Shown: piece by piece, positions 26,994-36,026 of the stretch
Position numbering within the stretch: position 1 is the first letter of the stretch
How the letters are laid out: each line of letters opens with the position of its first letter
Assembly (NCBI GenBank): GCA_049512315.1
Contig: JBEKXF010000031.1
Coordinates: forward strand, 1 to 36,148
Source: Candidatus Aminicenantales bacterium
Lineage (GTDB): Bacteria > Acidobacteriota > Aminicenantia > Aminicenantales > Saccharicenantaceae
Reading direction: 5' to 3'
DNA length: 36,148 bases
Program-made: the position numbers and the translations under genes
The notes under the pieces: generated by a model
The model's database searches: none
Told to the model about the DNA's origin: nothing
Seen by the model: only the letters and a program-made list of their open reading frames with translations

Positions 26994-28670
26994 TTAGACG
27001 CTATCACCCGTGTATTTTGTCAGGAGCTTTTTGCGCAGGTCCCTGAAGAGCTTGACGACCGTCTCCATCCGCGAGACCGTCAGGTCGGTCAGGTATTTCG
27101 CCCCGGCGGCCGCGTCCTTCTTCAACATCTCCTGCGCCTTGGCGTCGACCGCCGCCTGGTCGGCGAAAAACCCGTTCTCGACCGGGTCCCGTGCCTCCCT
27201 CAAGTCCTTGATCGCCGCCTGCCACCTGAGGAGCATGAGTTTCTCGACGAAGTCCACCGCCCACCGGGCCGAGTCCTCGCTGAACTGGGCGTAATCATAC
27301 GTCTTGTAGAGCGGCGAAACGTCCTTGACTCCCGCGTAAACCGGGACGTAGGCGCTGACGAACGGATTGTCCACGTAAAACCAGTAGATCCCGCCCACGC
27401 CATCCGGCAGCCACGACCTGAGCTGGGCCACCATCCCGTAGCCCTGCCCCGCGATCGTCCGGTGATGCCGGATGCGCAGTACGCGTTCCATCTCCGGCGA
27501 AATGAAAGCCGAGGCCATCGAGCTTTTCTCGAGCTTGCCGCCTCCTCCCGGGACCATCCAGGCCGGGTCCCAGGTCATGTCGTAGATCGTGTTTTCGAAC
27601 GTGGACCTCTGGAAGGCGATGATGTCCCGCACCGAGAGCTTCTTTTCCGGCTTGACCGAGTAAGGATAGAACGCCGCGCCCTCGATGGGTTGGGCGTAGA
27701 GCGTCCGCGGACCGGCCGCGTTGCTCAGCTCTCGCTTCGGCCAAGCCTTGAACGACGGCGCGATCGTGCTGTAGATGAACCACATCCGGCTGAGGTTGCC
27801 CTCCTGGATCGGCGGCGCGTAGGCCTCCTGCCAGATGAACGGCTGGCCGCTCTTCGGGTCATACCAGCCCCGGTCCACCGCTTCCGTCATGTAGTTCGGG
27901 GACGCCATCATGTCCGGGTCCTTGAGGTCGATCTCGCGCATCCGGAAATAGTTGGCGATGACGACCACCTGGTCGTCGGGCACGCGCCGCGCCACCCAGA
28001 TCGCGCCAGGCTTGCCGCTCTCCGGGGTCCATTCCGTGCCGACGCTGCAGATCTCCATAGTCCAAAGCTCGCGCGGGTCGGCGATGCACAGCGCCTCGGA
28101 CCCCCCGCATGACGGCAGGAAGCCGTACTTCTCGACGAGTCCCGCGATGAGCCGCACGGCCTCCCGCGCCGTCGAGCATCTCTCGAGAGCGAACACCTCG
28201 GCCTGCTCGATGGTCATGATCTGCCGGGTGATACCCTCAACGTAGGGGACGTCGAGCTCGGCCCGCTCCGAGCACGTGCTCTCGGCGATCGCGAGCTGCC
28301 GCTCGTTCATCTGGCTGTAGCCCGTGTGGAAATAGGTGAAGGTCTTCTCCGCCTGCGGGATCTGGCCGATCACCTTGCCGAAGTCGCCGAGCGGCAGGGC
28401 CTTCCGGTCGTCGTCGCGGCCGAAATAGACCATGCCCCAATGCACCGGCGCCATGGACCCCTTTGGAAACGTCCGCCCCGGGATGACCTGGATCCGGCAC
28501 TCGCTGCAGCAGTCGGTATGCGAGGTCATGACCGAGCCGTCGGCCGAGGCCAGCCGCCCGACGCCGATGACCGTGCAGCCTTCCGGGCGGTTCTCGGAGG
28601 CCGTGAGGGGAGAGGCCGCGAAAATCCCGATAAAAAATAAGGCCAGGGCCAGACTGTAATAACGCCTCAT
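26994..28670 (-). CDS. Peptidase C69 family dipeptidase, exported
   Basis: Signal peptide followed by CTVIGVG (N-terminal Cys nucleophile); MNERQLAIAEST, ALERCSTAREAV and WVARRVPDD motifs. Confidence 0.88.
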   Translation of the reverse strand: MRRYYSLALALFFIGIFAASPLTASENRPEGCTVIGVGRLASADGSVMTSHTDCCSECRIQVIPGRTFPKGSMAPVHWGMVYFGRDDDRKALPLGDFGKVIGQIPQAEKTFTYFHTGYSQMNERQLAIAESTCSERAELDVPYVEGITRQIMTIEQAEVFALERCSTAREAVRLIAGLVEKYGFLPSCGGSEALCIADPRELWTMEICSVGTEWTPESGKPGAIWVARRVPDDQVVVIANYFRMREIDLKDPDMMASPNYMTEAVDRGWYDPKSGQPFIWQEAYAPPIQEGNLSRMWFIYSTIAPSFKAWPKRELSNAAGPRTLYAQPIEGAAFYPYSVKPEKKLSVRDIIAFQRSTFENTIYDMTWDPAWMVPGGGGKLEKSSMASAFISPEMERVLRIRHHRTIAGQGYGMVAQLRSWLPDGVGGIYWFYVDNPFVSAYVPVYAGVKDVSPLYKTYDYAQFSEDSARWAVDFVEKLMLLRWQAAIKDLREARDPVENGFFADQAAVDAKAQEMLKKDAAAGAKYLTDLTVSRMETVVKLFRDLRKKLLTKYTGDSV

Positions 28671-29086
28671 GTTTTCTCTCCTATAAGTAGCCAGTCCTCG
28701 ACCTTGAGGCCGGGGATACCGGCGAAATGACGGACGTTACCGGTCACGATTGTCAGACGATGCCGGAGGGCGATAGCGGCGATCTGGAGATCGGGTTCGA
28801 ATCGAGGCCGGCCCGATCGCTCGACCGCCGCCTTCAGACGCCCGTAGATCAGGGCACTTTCTCCGTCAAAGGGAAGGATCGTCAATCGCGGGAAAACCTG
28901 CTCCTCGAAAAACCGGGGGAGGCTTTCCCGGCCCTTCGTCCTGAAGATCCCATAATAGAGCTCGGCAGCGTTCACGGCGCTCGTGAACTGGGAGGCGAGC
29001 GGCGTGTTGGCGAGCCTCGACATCAGGGCTTCCGGCCGCCGTTTTTTCGCGATCTGGCTGAGAATATCCGTATCGAAAAGGTACAT
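28667..29086 (-). CDS. vapC: VapC/PIN-domain toxin
   Basis: YLFDTDILS, AELYYG, DLQIAAIA and VTGNVRHF motifs. Confidence 0.92.
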   Translation of the reverse strand: MYLFDTDILSQIAKKRRPEALMSRLANTPLASQFTSAVNAAELYYGIFRTKGRESLPRFFEEQVFPRLTILPFDGESALIYGRLKAAVERSGRPRFEPDLQIAAIALRHRLTIVTGNVRHFAGIPGLKVEDWLLIGEKT

Positions 29087-29361
29087 CAGAGCGCCGGTTT
29101 TCGGGGTTTGGATTTCTGCCGGGCCTCGTAGATCTCTTCGACCATGGCGTCGATTTCCAAATCGAGATCTTCCGGGGAGGGTGCGACAGACGCCAGCCCG
29201 CCGGCGGCATCAGACGCGCGCCTTTCCCAATCCTCATAGGGGACCAGGGCTGCCACGGGCTTTCCATGCTTGGTGATCACGACATGTTCCTTCCGATCGA
29301 TAAGACGATTCACGAGCCCAGAGAATCTTGCTTTGGCCTTGGTCAAAGGGATCGATTCCAT
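29086..29361 (-). CDS. Phd/YefM family antitoxin
   Basis: AKARFSGLV...VVITKHGKPVAALVP; TGATG overlap with vapC. Confidence 0.9.
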   Translation of the reverse strand: MESIPLTKAKARFSGLVNRLIDRKEHVVITKHGKPVAALVPYEDWERRASDAAGGLASVAPSPEDLDLEIDAMVEEIYEARQKSKPRKPAL

Positions 29362-29380
29362 GAATTCGCCATCCAGCAAC

Positions 29381-29409
29381 AATATGGTCAAATTGACCAT
29401 ATTTGTCAA
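29381..29409 (-). promoter_or_regulatory. phd-vapC promoter with overlapping operator
   Basis: TTGACA-N17-CATATT. A perfect 11-bp inverted repeat AATATGGTCAA-A-TTGACCATATT covers the spacer and -10. Confidence 0.8.
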
Positions 29410-29474
29410 GAGCCGCACGCCGGCATCTGGCGGCCGTCAGGCCGCGACCTGGGTTAGACCCTTCTTTCCGGCGC

Positions 29475-29534
29475 TTGACATCCGCGCCTCATTCATTCAT
29501 ACTGTGGTATGACTAATTCATACTAGGGGTATCA
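29475..29534 (+). promoter_or_regulatory. RHH-vapC promoter with repeated operator half-sites
   Basis: TTGACA-N17-CATACT; alternating TCATAC, GTATGA, TCATAC and GTATCA hexamers at 29497, 29507, 29518 and 29529. Confidence 0.7.
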
Positions 29535-29535
29535 G

Positions 29536-29949
29536 ATGAGCAAAGCGGCCAAGTTCGCGGTCAGTATGCCCGAGGCGGAGTTCAAGATCATCGAGGCAGA
29601 ACGGCGCCGGGCAAAGAAGACGAGGAGCGAGTTTATCCGCGAGGCCGTCCGGGCCTGGCGGAGGCGCGAAAGCGGGCAGGGAGTCACAGGCGCCTACGCC
29701 CTATGGTCTTCCGTCAAAGAGGAGCCCGGCCGATACGGGCCGGGGACGCCTGCCCGGGAGACGCCTGAGCCGGAATATCCGAAGGACGTCGCCGAGCTTC
29801 GGCGGCGGGCGATCGCCGCGGCCGGGAGCTTCCGGTCCGAGGCGTCAGATCTCTCGGCGAACCACGATAAGTATCTCGAGCAGGATTACGTGGTTACTGG
29901 ACAGGCGGCCGCCGTCGACGACGAGAAAAAATCCGGGGCGAAGCCTTGA
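29536..29949 (+). CDS. vapB: Ribbon-helix-helix (CopG-like) VapB antitoxin
   Basis: RHH region KFAVSMPE...TRSEFIREAV; C-terminal AAGSFRS..SDLSANHDKYL typical of VapB; 4-nt overlap with the PIN gene. Confidence 0.8.
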   Translation: MSKAAKFAVSMPEAEFKIIEAERRRAKKTRSEFIREAVRAWRRRESGQGVTGAYALWSSVKEEPGRYGPGTPARETPEPEYPKDVAELRRRAIAAAGSFRSEASDLSANHDKYLEQDYVVTGQAAAVDDEKKSGAKP

Positions 29950-30353
29950 GCATCCTGGTCGATACGAGCGCTTTCCTGGCCGTCCTCGATCAAGGCGACC
30001 ATAACCACCCGGCCGCCAAAGCCCAATGGATCGAGATGCTCGATCGCGGGGACGAACTCGTCAGCCATAATTATGTTCTGGTCGAGACATCGGCCGTCAT
30101 CCTCCGGAGGCTGGGTTTTGAAGCCGTCCGGGTTTTCGAACGCGATGTCGTGCCGGTCCTGCGCCTGATCTGGGTGACGCGCGAGATCCACGAAGCCGCC
30201 GCCGGCGCCCACCTGGTCGCCGGGCGCCGCACCCTGAGCCTCGTGGATTGCGTGAGCTTTGAAGTGATGCGCCGGACGGGCGTCCTGACCGCCTTCGCCT
30301 TCGACCGCCATTTTCGAGAGTACGGATACCAGACTATCCCGTCTGAGCCTTAG
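29946..30353 (+). CDS. vapC: VapC/PIN-domain toxin
   Basis: ILVDTSAFLA, VLVET, SLVDCVSF and FAFDRHF motifs; TTG start. Confidence 0.9.
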   Translation: MSILVDTSAFLAVLDQGDHNHPAAKAQWIEMLDRGDELVSHNYVLVETSAVILRRLGFEAVRVFERDVVPVLRLIWVTREIHEAAAGAHLVAGRRTLSLVDCVSFEVMRRTGVLTAFAFDRHFREYGYQTIPSEP

Positions 30354-30356
30354 ATC

Positions 30357-30397
30357 CAGTGGTCCGACCCCGTTATCTTATCGCCATTATCTTATCG
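30357..30397 (+). repeat. Minimal family B terminal motif plus adjacent 11-bp direct repeat
   Basis: CAGTGGTCCGACCCC (30357-30371), then TTATCTTATCG at 30373-30383 and again at 30387-30397. Confidence 0.7.
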
Positions 30398-31235
30398 GCA
30401 GTCGGGGAGGGGCGTAGAACGAATCCGGGTTCGACGTGTAGATCGCGCCGGCGAAAACCTCCTCGTTTCCCCCGGCGAATTTCTTTGGATTCGGCGCTCC
30501 CTTGGGAACGAGGACGAGTTGGGCAGTCCTCCGCCACTCGAACGCCCGCTGGTCGTTGCCGAACTTGAAATAGAAGGCGTTCCTCAGGATGAACGGCTTC
30601 CACTCAGCCAAGACCCCCTCTCCCGCGCTACAGACGACATTCCGGTCGGCCGCGAGCGCAGCCTGGAGCTCGATCGCGCTCAAGGGAACGCCGTCGAGCT
30701 CGGCGACGGCCCCGTACTGGCCGTCGGCCAGGACCCACTTGCCGAGCGCGGCGAGCCAGACCTCGGCGACGGAATGGGCTTCGCTCCGCGTCTCGACATC
30801 ACGGGGCAGCAGGTTGACGACGCGCGCCGGCATGCCGTAAGCCGTGGCGACTCCGGCCATGACGACGGCGTATTCGCGGCAGATGAAACGGCCGCCCTTC
30901 TGCGCCTCGCGGAGGATCGTGAGCGGATCGGACTTCGAGGCCATCTGGTCCGGGCTGTGTTCCCAGCGTGTGCTCACCCAGTGGGCCAGCCGACGCAGCC
31001 GCTCGGGATCGTCCTTGGCGCCGGCGACGACGGCGTCGATCGCGAATTCGCGCCGCATCTCGAGAAACTGCGGGATCTTGGGATCGTCATACTGTACGGG
31101 AAACGGGGGCGCCGGCTGGCTGCGGTCCCAGACGAGTGGCGCCGGGCCGTACTCGGCCTCGATCTCCGCAAGCAGGGGGGCGCAGATGAATAAAGGAACC
31201 AAAATGGTGAGCATTATGGAATTCGTGCGGCTCAT
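30387..31235 (-). CDS. Transglutaminase-like cysteine-protease fold protein, exported
   Basis: Catalytic-triad motifs FICREYA, HSVAEVW and WVLADG; signal peptide. Confidence 0.82.
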   Translation of the reverse strand: MSRTNSIMLTILVPLFICAPLLAEIEAEYGPAPLVWDRSQPAPPFPVQYDDPKIPQFLEMRREFAIDAVVAGAKDDPERLRRLAHWVSTRWEHSPDQMASKSDPLTILREAQKGGRFICREYAVVMAGVATAYGMPARVVNLLPRDVETRSEAHSVAEVWLAALGKWVLADGQYGAVAELDGVPLSAIELQAALAADRNVVCSAGEGVLAEWKPFILRNAFYFKFGNDQRAFEWRRTAQLVLVPKGAPNPKKFAGGNEEVFAGAIYTSNPDSFYAPPRLPIR

Positions 31236-31268
31236 GTTCTCCCTCTCTAATCCTGCTTGATCATATGA

Positions 31269-33362
31269 TTATTTCATCGGCGTCAGGATAACCGCGGCGC
31301 CGCCGCCCGGGGCGAGATGGAGGGCGAGCTTGTCTCCAGCTCCCACCCGCTTCGCGCTTACCGTCAGGCTCGTCCCGTCCGTTTCCGCGATCGGGCCGTC
31401 GGCGAAGACCTTCGCCTCGTAGTCTCCCGCGCCCAGGAAGCTCAGCGGGACCTCGAAGTCACGCGCGTCCCAATTGGTCATGGCCCCGACGTACCAGCTG
31501 TCGCCGCTCCTCCGCGCCACGGCCACGAACGTCGCGGGCTCGCCCCCTATCACCTTCGTCTCGTCCCAGACGACCGGCACCTTCTCGATGAACTCGAGCC
31601 CCGGCTGGCCCGCGTACGCCTCCGGATAATCGGAGACCATGACGAGCGGGCTCTCGTAGACGACGTACATGGCGAGCTGGTGGGCCCGCGTCCCCTGCGA
31701 CATGGGCGCGATGTCCAGCGCCTTGAACTTGCCGCGGGCCGCGTTGCGCATGGCCCCGGGCGTGAAGTCCATCGGCCCGGCCAGCATCCGCGTGAACGGG
31801 ATGGTCACGTCGTGCTCGGGCGTCACGCGCTCGCTCCACTTGTTGTACTCCATACCCATGACGCCCTCGCGCGTGAGCAGGTTCGGGTAGGTCCGGCGGA
31901 GCCCCGTGCCCTTGTACGCGCCATGGAAATCCACGGTCAGGTGATGCTCCGCAGCCTTGCGCACGACCTTCTCGTAGTAGTTCACCATCTCCTGGTCGTC
32001 GCGGTTCATGTAGTCGACCTTGATCCCGGCCGCGCCCCATTTCTCGTAGAGGGCCATGGCCTCGTCCATGTGGGCGTCAAGCGCGCGCCATTCGACCCAG
32101 AGCAGGACCTTGACGCCCTTGGCCTTCCCGTAGGCGATGATGTCCAGGACGTTCGCCTCGGGGATGAAGTGCAGGATGTCCTCGAGCCGCTCGCCGGGCG
32201 GCGCGGGGGCCCAGCCCGCGTCGACCAGCATGTATTCCAGCCGGTGCGCCGCGGCGAAATCGATGTAGTGCTTCATCGTGGCCGTGTTCATGCCCGGCTT
32301 GAACTTGACGCCGGTCGCGTAGCTCCCGGACCACCAGTCCCAGGCGGCCTTGCCCGGCTTGATCCAGGACGTGTCCGCGATCGCGCACGGCGCGCTCAGG
32401 TCGAGGACGAGGTAGTTCGTCTCGATGAGCCGGCCGGGCGTCGGCGCGACCATCACGATGCGCCAGGGGGTCGCCTTCGGTGTCGTCCCGACGACCGCCT
32501 GCTCGGCCTTGCGATCCGGCGGCATCGAGAGCTTGGCGGCCAGGGCGTTCGGGACCCCGGGAACGCCGCCCACATACATCCCCGCGTAATCGGTCAGGTC
32601 CGCCTCGAGCAGGGCCACCCACGGGCCGCCGCCCGGCATCTCGACGAGGAGCGGCAGGTTGATGATCGAGGTGGGCTTAATGTCGCGGAGCGACGTCGGT
32701 AGGTATTCGCCCTCGTTCTGCGTGTTGAACCGGCCCATGTTCAGGCCGAAGGCATAGGAGCCGGCGGAGGGGGAAACCACCCCGGAGCCAGCACCGCACT
32801 CGGTTGCGGGCGCGGTGGCACCGGCAGGAAAATAGAAGCCCGTGTTCTCCGCCGCCAGCGTGAATTCGCCGAGCGCTTCCTGCTTCGGCAGGACGTAGCG
32901 GAAGGCCACGCCTTCGTCGTAGGCGCGGAAGACGAGATCCACTCTGCGCCCGGGCGCCTTCTTCTCCCGGAGCGATACGGTCATCTCGTTGTAGTGGTCG
33001 GGGACCGTTCGCCTGGATCCGAACGGATTCTCCCAGGTCGAATTGTTCGATTTCCGGTCCGTCGCCATCACCTCGAAGTCCTGGTCGAGGGGAGAGGCCC
33101 CGAGAAAGTCGAGCCCCAGCGGAGAGTCGTTTAAAACCGCGGTGCCCTTATATGTCACGCGATAGAATGCCCGTTCTCCGGGCAGATAGGGTTGCGGCTT
33201 GGCTTCGAGCTCCAGCGTGATCGTCAGATTGCCGCCGGGCGAAGAGACCTCGAACGACCCGCCCACAACACCCTTCACCGTCCCGCACGAGACGCCGAGA
33301 GAAGCGGCTACGATGACAACTCCGAGCCAGATCAGTCTCCGGCCCATTACTCGGTTCAGCAT
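31269..33362 (-). CDS. Glycoside hydrolase family 97 lipoprotein, probably the retaining type
   Basis: Lipobox-like GVSC; WIKPGKAAWDWW, YIDFAA, GIKVDYM (Asp at the nucleophile position), REGVMGME and FTRMLAGPMDFTPG motifs. Confidence 0.92.
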   Translation of the reverse strand: MLNRVMGRRLIWLGVVIVAASLGVSCGTVKGVVGGSFEVSSPGGNLTITLELEAKPQPYLPGERAFYRVTYKGTAVLNDSPLGLDFLGASPLDQDFEVMATDRKSNNSTWENPFGSRRTVPDHYNEMTVSLREKKAPGRRVDLVFRAYDEGVAFRYVLPKQEALGEFTLAAENTGFYFPAGATAPATECGAGSGVVSPSAGSYAFGLNMGRFNTQNEGEYLPTSLRDIKPTSIINLPLLVEMPGGGPWVALLEADLTDYAGMYVGGVPGVPNALAAKLSMPPDRKAEQAVVGTTPKATPWRIVMVAPTPGRLIETNYLVLDLSAPCAIADTSWIKPGKAAWDWWSGSYATGVKFKPGMNTATMKHYIDFAAAHRLEYMLVDAGWAPAPPGERLEDILHFIPEANVLDIIAYGKAKGVKVLLWVEWRALDAHMDEAMALYEKWGAAGIKVDYMNRDDQEMVNYYEKVVRKAAEHHLTVDFHGAYKGTGLRRTYPNLLTREGVMGMEYNKWSERVTPEHDVTIPFTRMLAGPMDFTPGAMRNAARGKFKALDIAPMSQGTRAHQLAMYVVYESPLVMVSDYPEAYAGQPGLEFIEKVPVVWDETKVIGGEPATFVAVARRSGDSWYVGAMTNWDARDFEVPLSFLGAGDYEAKVFADGPIAETDGTSLTVSAKRVGAGDKLALHLAPGGGAAVILTPMK

Positions 33363-33567
33363 TATTTTTTCCTCCGTTTGTGCGGATATTACTTCACTTC
33401 TGCTTTTCTACACAAGCTTCCGGCACTTATTGGCCGTTCGGCTAAATGATGGCCGGGATCACGGAAACATTCTGCGGCAAGTATGAACCAAAGCCGGCTC
33501 TATTCTTGATTTCTCCTGGGCTCCAGGCTATATTCACCTTTCAGAGCTTCCCGGGGGGCTTTGAAGT

Positions 33568-33912
33568 ATGGCGCTAGCTGAAGCGATCCGTAACCAGATA
33601 TCCGAGATCCTCTCCGCCTACTGCGCCCTGAGATGCCCGGCCAAGTTCAAAGACAAGGTCAGGCTGGGCTTCAAATTCCGAGGAAACTCGGTGACGCTTT
33701 TTGAAGAGAGGCCGACATTCCCGCGGCCGGACATTTGGGTCGACATCGTCGTCGCCCAGTTCCGGTTCGATCCGAAATCCCGGCTCTGGACGCTCTATTG
33801 GGCTGACCGCAACTCCCGCTGGCTCCGGTACTGGGACCTCGATCCCAGCAAGGATTTCCATGACCTCTTGTCCGAGGTCGAAGCCGATCCTTCAGGAGCG
33901 TTTTGGGGCTGA
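33568..33912 (+). CDS. DUF3024-like protein
   Basis: SVTLFEERP...VAQFRF...WTLYWADRNSRW..Y...EVEADPSGAFWG pattern. Confidence 0.8.
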   Translation: MALAEAIRNQISEILSAYCALRCPAKFKDKVRLGFKFRGNSVTLFEERPTFPRPDIWVDIVVAQFRFDPKSRLWTLYWADRNSRWLRYWDLDPSKDFHDLLSEVEADPSGAFWG

Positions 33913-33936
33913 AAACGAAAAACTGTTTATTTTCTG

Positions 33937-33986
33937 TTGACTTGGTAAACAATTTCGATATAAATTGTTTATCAAGGTAAACATCT
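33937..33986 (+). promoter_or_regulatory. Promoter with long palindromic operator upstream of the ATPase
   Basis: CTTGGTAAACAATTT-CGATAT-AAATTGTTTATCAAG (14 of 15 bp inverted repeat) overlapping TTGACT-N16-TATAAA, plus an extra GGTAAACA half-site before the ATG. Confidence 0.7.
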
Positions 33987-35330
33987 ATGGAACTCAGCGC
34001 CCTGCAGAGAATCGTCTCCGAGTGGGTCCGGGGAGCGGACCTCCCGGCCATGACGCGCCGCGACACGCCTCTCCCGGACCTCACGCCGCCGCGCCCGATC
34101 CTCTCCGTGGTGGGCCCGCGCCGCGCCGGGAAAACCTATTTCGTCTACCAGTTGATCGGCAGCCTTCTCGGCTCCGGAAAGGCCGCCAGGGAAGACATTC
34201 TTTTCGTCGATTTCGAAGACTATCGCCTCCGTGATTTCCGTCCGGAGGACATGGATAACCTTCTGGCCGCTTTTTATCAGTTGACGGGCCGCCCCCCGCG
34301 CTATCTCTTTTTCGACGAGGTCCACCGGCTTCCCTCCTGGAGCCGGGTCGTGCGCACCCTTCACAACACCAGGAAATATACGATCGTCGTGACCGGCAGC
34401 AACGCCTCTCTCCTCGGTTCCGAGATCGCCACGGAGCTCCGGGGACGATACGAGGACGTCCTGATCCTGCCGTTTTCGTTCCGGGAATTCCTGGATCACC
34501 GCGGGATCTCCTGGACGCCGGCCTCCTTGGCCTCGCCCGAAAGCGGCCTGGTTCTGAGAGCCTTCGACGATTATCTCCGTTTCGGCGGTTTTCCGGAAGT
34601 CGCGAACGCAGCCGACGAGCGGGCCAAAAGGAAGATCCTGCAAACCTATTTCGACACGACCTTTTATCGCGACGTCCTGGACCGGCACGGCATCCGGGCC
34701 CGCGACCTCCTCGAGCTTCTGATGAGGAACATGCTCGAGGGCTATGCTTCCGCCTTCTCCATTTCCGCCTTCGAGAAACAGCTCAAGTCGCACGGCCTCG
34801 CCGGAAGCAAGCGGAGCATCGCGCTCTACTTGCGTTACCTCGAAGAGGCCTTTTTCGTGACCACCTTCGAGAAATTCGACTATTCGCCCCGCAAGCGGAC
34901 CATGAATCCCAAGAAAGCGTACTTGATGGACACCGGCTTCTCTCTCCTCGGAGCCGCATTCACCGAAAACAAGGGCCGCTTGCTGGAAAACGCGGTGGCC
35001 GTGGAACTTTTCCGCCGCCGGGCGAAAACGATGTACTACAAAGGGAAGGGCGAGTGCGACTTCGTGGTCCGGCTGAGGCCGCGGCCGGAAGAGGCCTGGC
35101 AGGTCTGTTGGGAGCTCAACCGCGACAACGAGAAGCGCGAATTGCAGGGTATCGACGAAGCGCGTCGCGGGCTCGGCATCGAAAAGGGAGGCATTTTAAC
35201 CTACAGCCAAGAGGGAACGCGAACGATCGACGGCGCCATCATCCCCATTCAGCCGGTTTGGAAATGGCTCTTGGCTCTGCCGCCCTCCGTGCGTGCTAGC
35301 CGCGGGAAAAGAGGTCATACTCTCGGATGA
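33987..35330 (+). CDS. AAA_14 family ATPase with DUF4143 domain
   Basis: Walker A GPRRAGKT, Walker B LFFDEVH, VTGSNASLL, LRGR, GGFPEV, KAYLMDTG, LENAV and ECDFVV motifs. Confidence 0.9.
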   Translation: MELSALQRIVSEWVRGADLPAMTRRDTPLPDLTPPRPILSVVGPRRAGKTYFVYQLIGSLLGSGKAAREDILFVDFEDYRLRDFRPEDMDNLLAAFYQLTGRPPRYLFFDEVHRLPSWSRVVRTLHNTRKYTIVVTGSNASLLGSEIATELRGRYEDVLILPFSFREFLDHRGISWTPASLASPESGLVLRAFDDYLRFGGFPEVANAADERAKRKILQTYFDTTFYRDVLDRHGIRARDLLELLMRNMLEGYASAFSISAFEKQLKSHGLAGSKRSIALYLRYLEEAFFVTTFEKFDYSPRKRTMNPKKAYLMDTGFSLLGAAFTENKGRLLENAVAVELFRRRAKTMYYKGKGECDFVVRLRPRPEEAWQVCWELNRDNEKRELQGIDEARRGLGIEKGGILTYSQEGTRTIDGAIIPIQPVWKWLLALPPSVRASRGKRGHTLG

Positions 35331-35563
35331 AGCTCTACGCCGGCGTCACGGATCACGATTGGTTCGATTACCTCCGCGGCCTTCCGTCCGTGGACGAGGT
35401 CAACTTCTGGCAGCCATCGCCCAACGCCGAATTCCGGGCGCTTAACAAGGGCGATGTTTTCCTCTTCGAGCTTCACAAAACCCAGAAAACCCGCGACCAG
35501 GACTCGATCGCGGAGGGTACGATCAAAGGACGTAAAAAAGAAGATTGTTTCTTTGCGGTCTGA
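35327..35563 (+). pseudogene. N-terminal fragment of a putative HNH restriction endonuclease
   Basis: MKLYAGVTDHDWFDYL...DEVNFWQP...FRAL..GDVFLFELH resembles the N-terminus of COG3440-like HNH nucleases. The resemblance stops after about 50 aa and no HNH motif follows. Confidence 0.7.
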
Positions 35564-35571
35564 GGCAGGAA

Positions 35572-36026
35572 ATGGAGAAACCCCCAGAATGCAGGAATAG
35601 AGGTTGTTCAAACCGGCTAATTGCGGCAAATTCCGCGCGAAGTTTTTTGAATCCTTCTTTAGCGGTAAAAATAGCGGTTGAGAATGGTATCATTAGCCCG
35701 GGCCAAAGTGTTCTGGAGATTGGATCCGGCAATATGCGCAATTCGGCCTTCATCTTACGTAACGTAAAGCGAGTTGATTTAAGTGCGTATGAGATTGAAA
35801 GCACCATTCAAAAATATCCAGATGCCTATAGAGCCTTTAAGAAAGCAGGGGGCGCACTTACTCGCGTCTTTCCGAGCACGAATAATTACGACGCTATTAT
35901 ATGCACCTTTGTGCTGGAAACGATCTGCCCAGGACGAAGACGCACGTTTCTGCTTAAGAACATGCGGCAGAGCTTGAAATCCTCAGGGATATTAATAGCT
36001 TCTTTTCGCGGGTATAGTGGTGTTTA
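35572..36026 (+). pseudogene. Class I SAM-dependent methyltransferase interrupted by the IS3 element
   Basis: Manual translation from ATG 35572 gives VLEIGSGNMRNS (motif I), LSAYE, YDAIICTFVLE and LKSSGILI. The frame has no stop before the window end, which explains its absence from the ORF track. GC is low. Confidence 0.75.

Noticed and set aside
32755..32830. Ala/Gly/Ser-rich insert in GH97 as a possible mini-intein or mobile insert
   Set aside because: It is about 20 aa with no intein splice motifs or flanking repeats, so most likely a variable loop.
25973..35563. Classical integron or pdif cassette array
   Set aside because: I found no integron integrase, no convincing RYYYAAC...GTTRRRY attC structures and no XerC/XerD dif-like sites, and the genes are in mixed orientation.
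35523..35977. ORFs 35523-35807 (-) and 35783-35977 (+) from the track
   Set aside because: Both overlap a better-supported methyltransferase frame starting at 35572.
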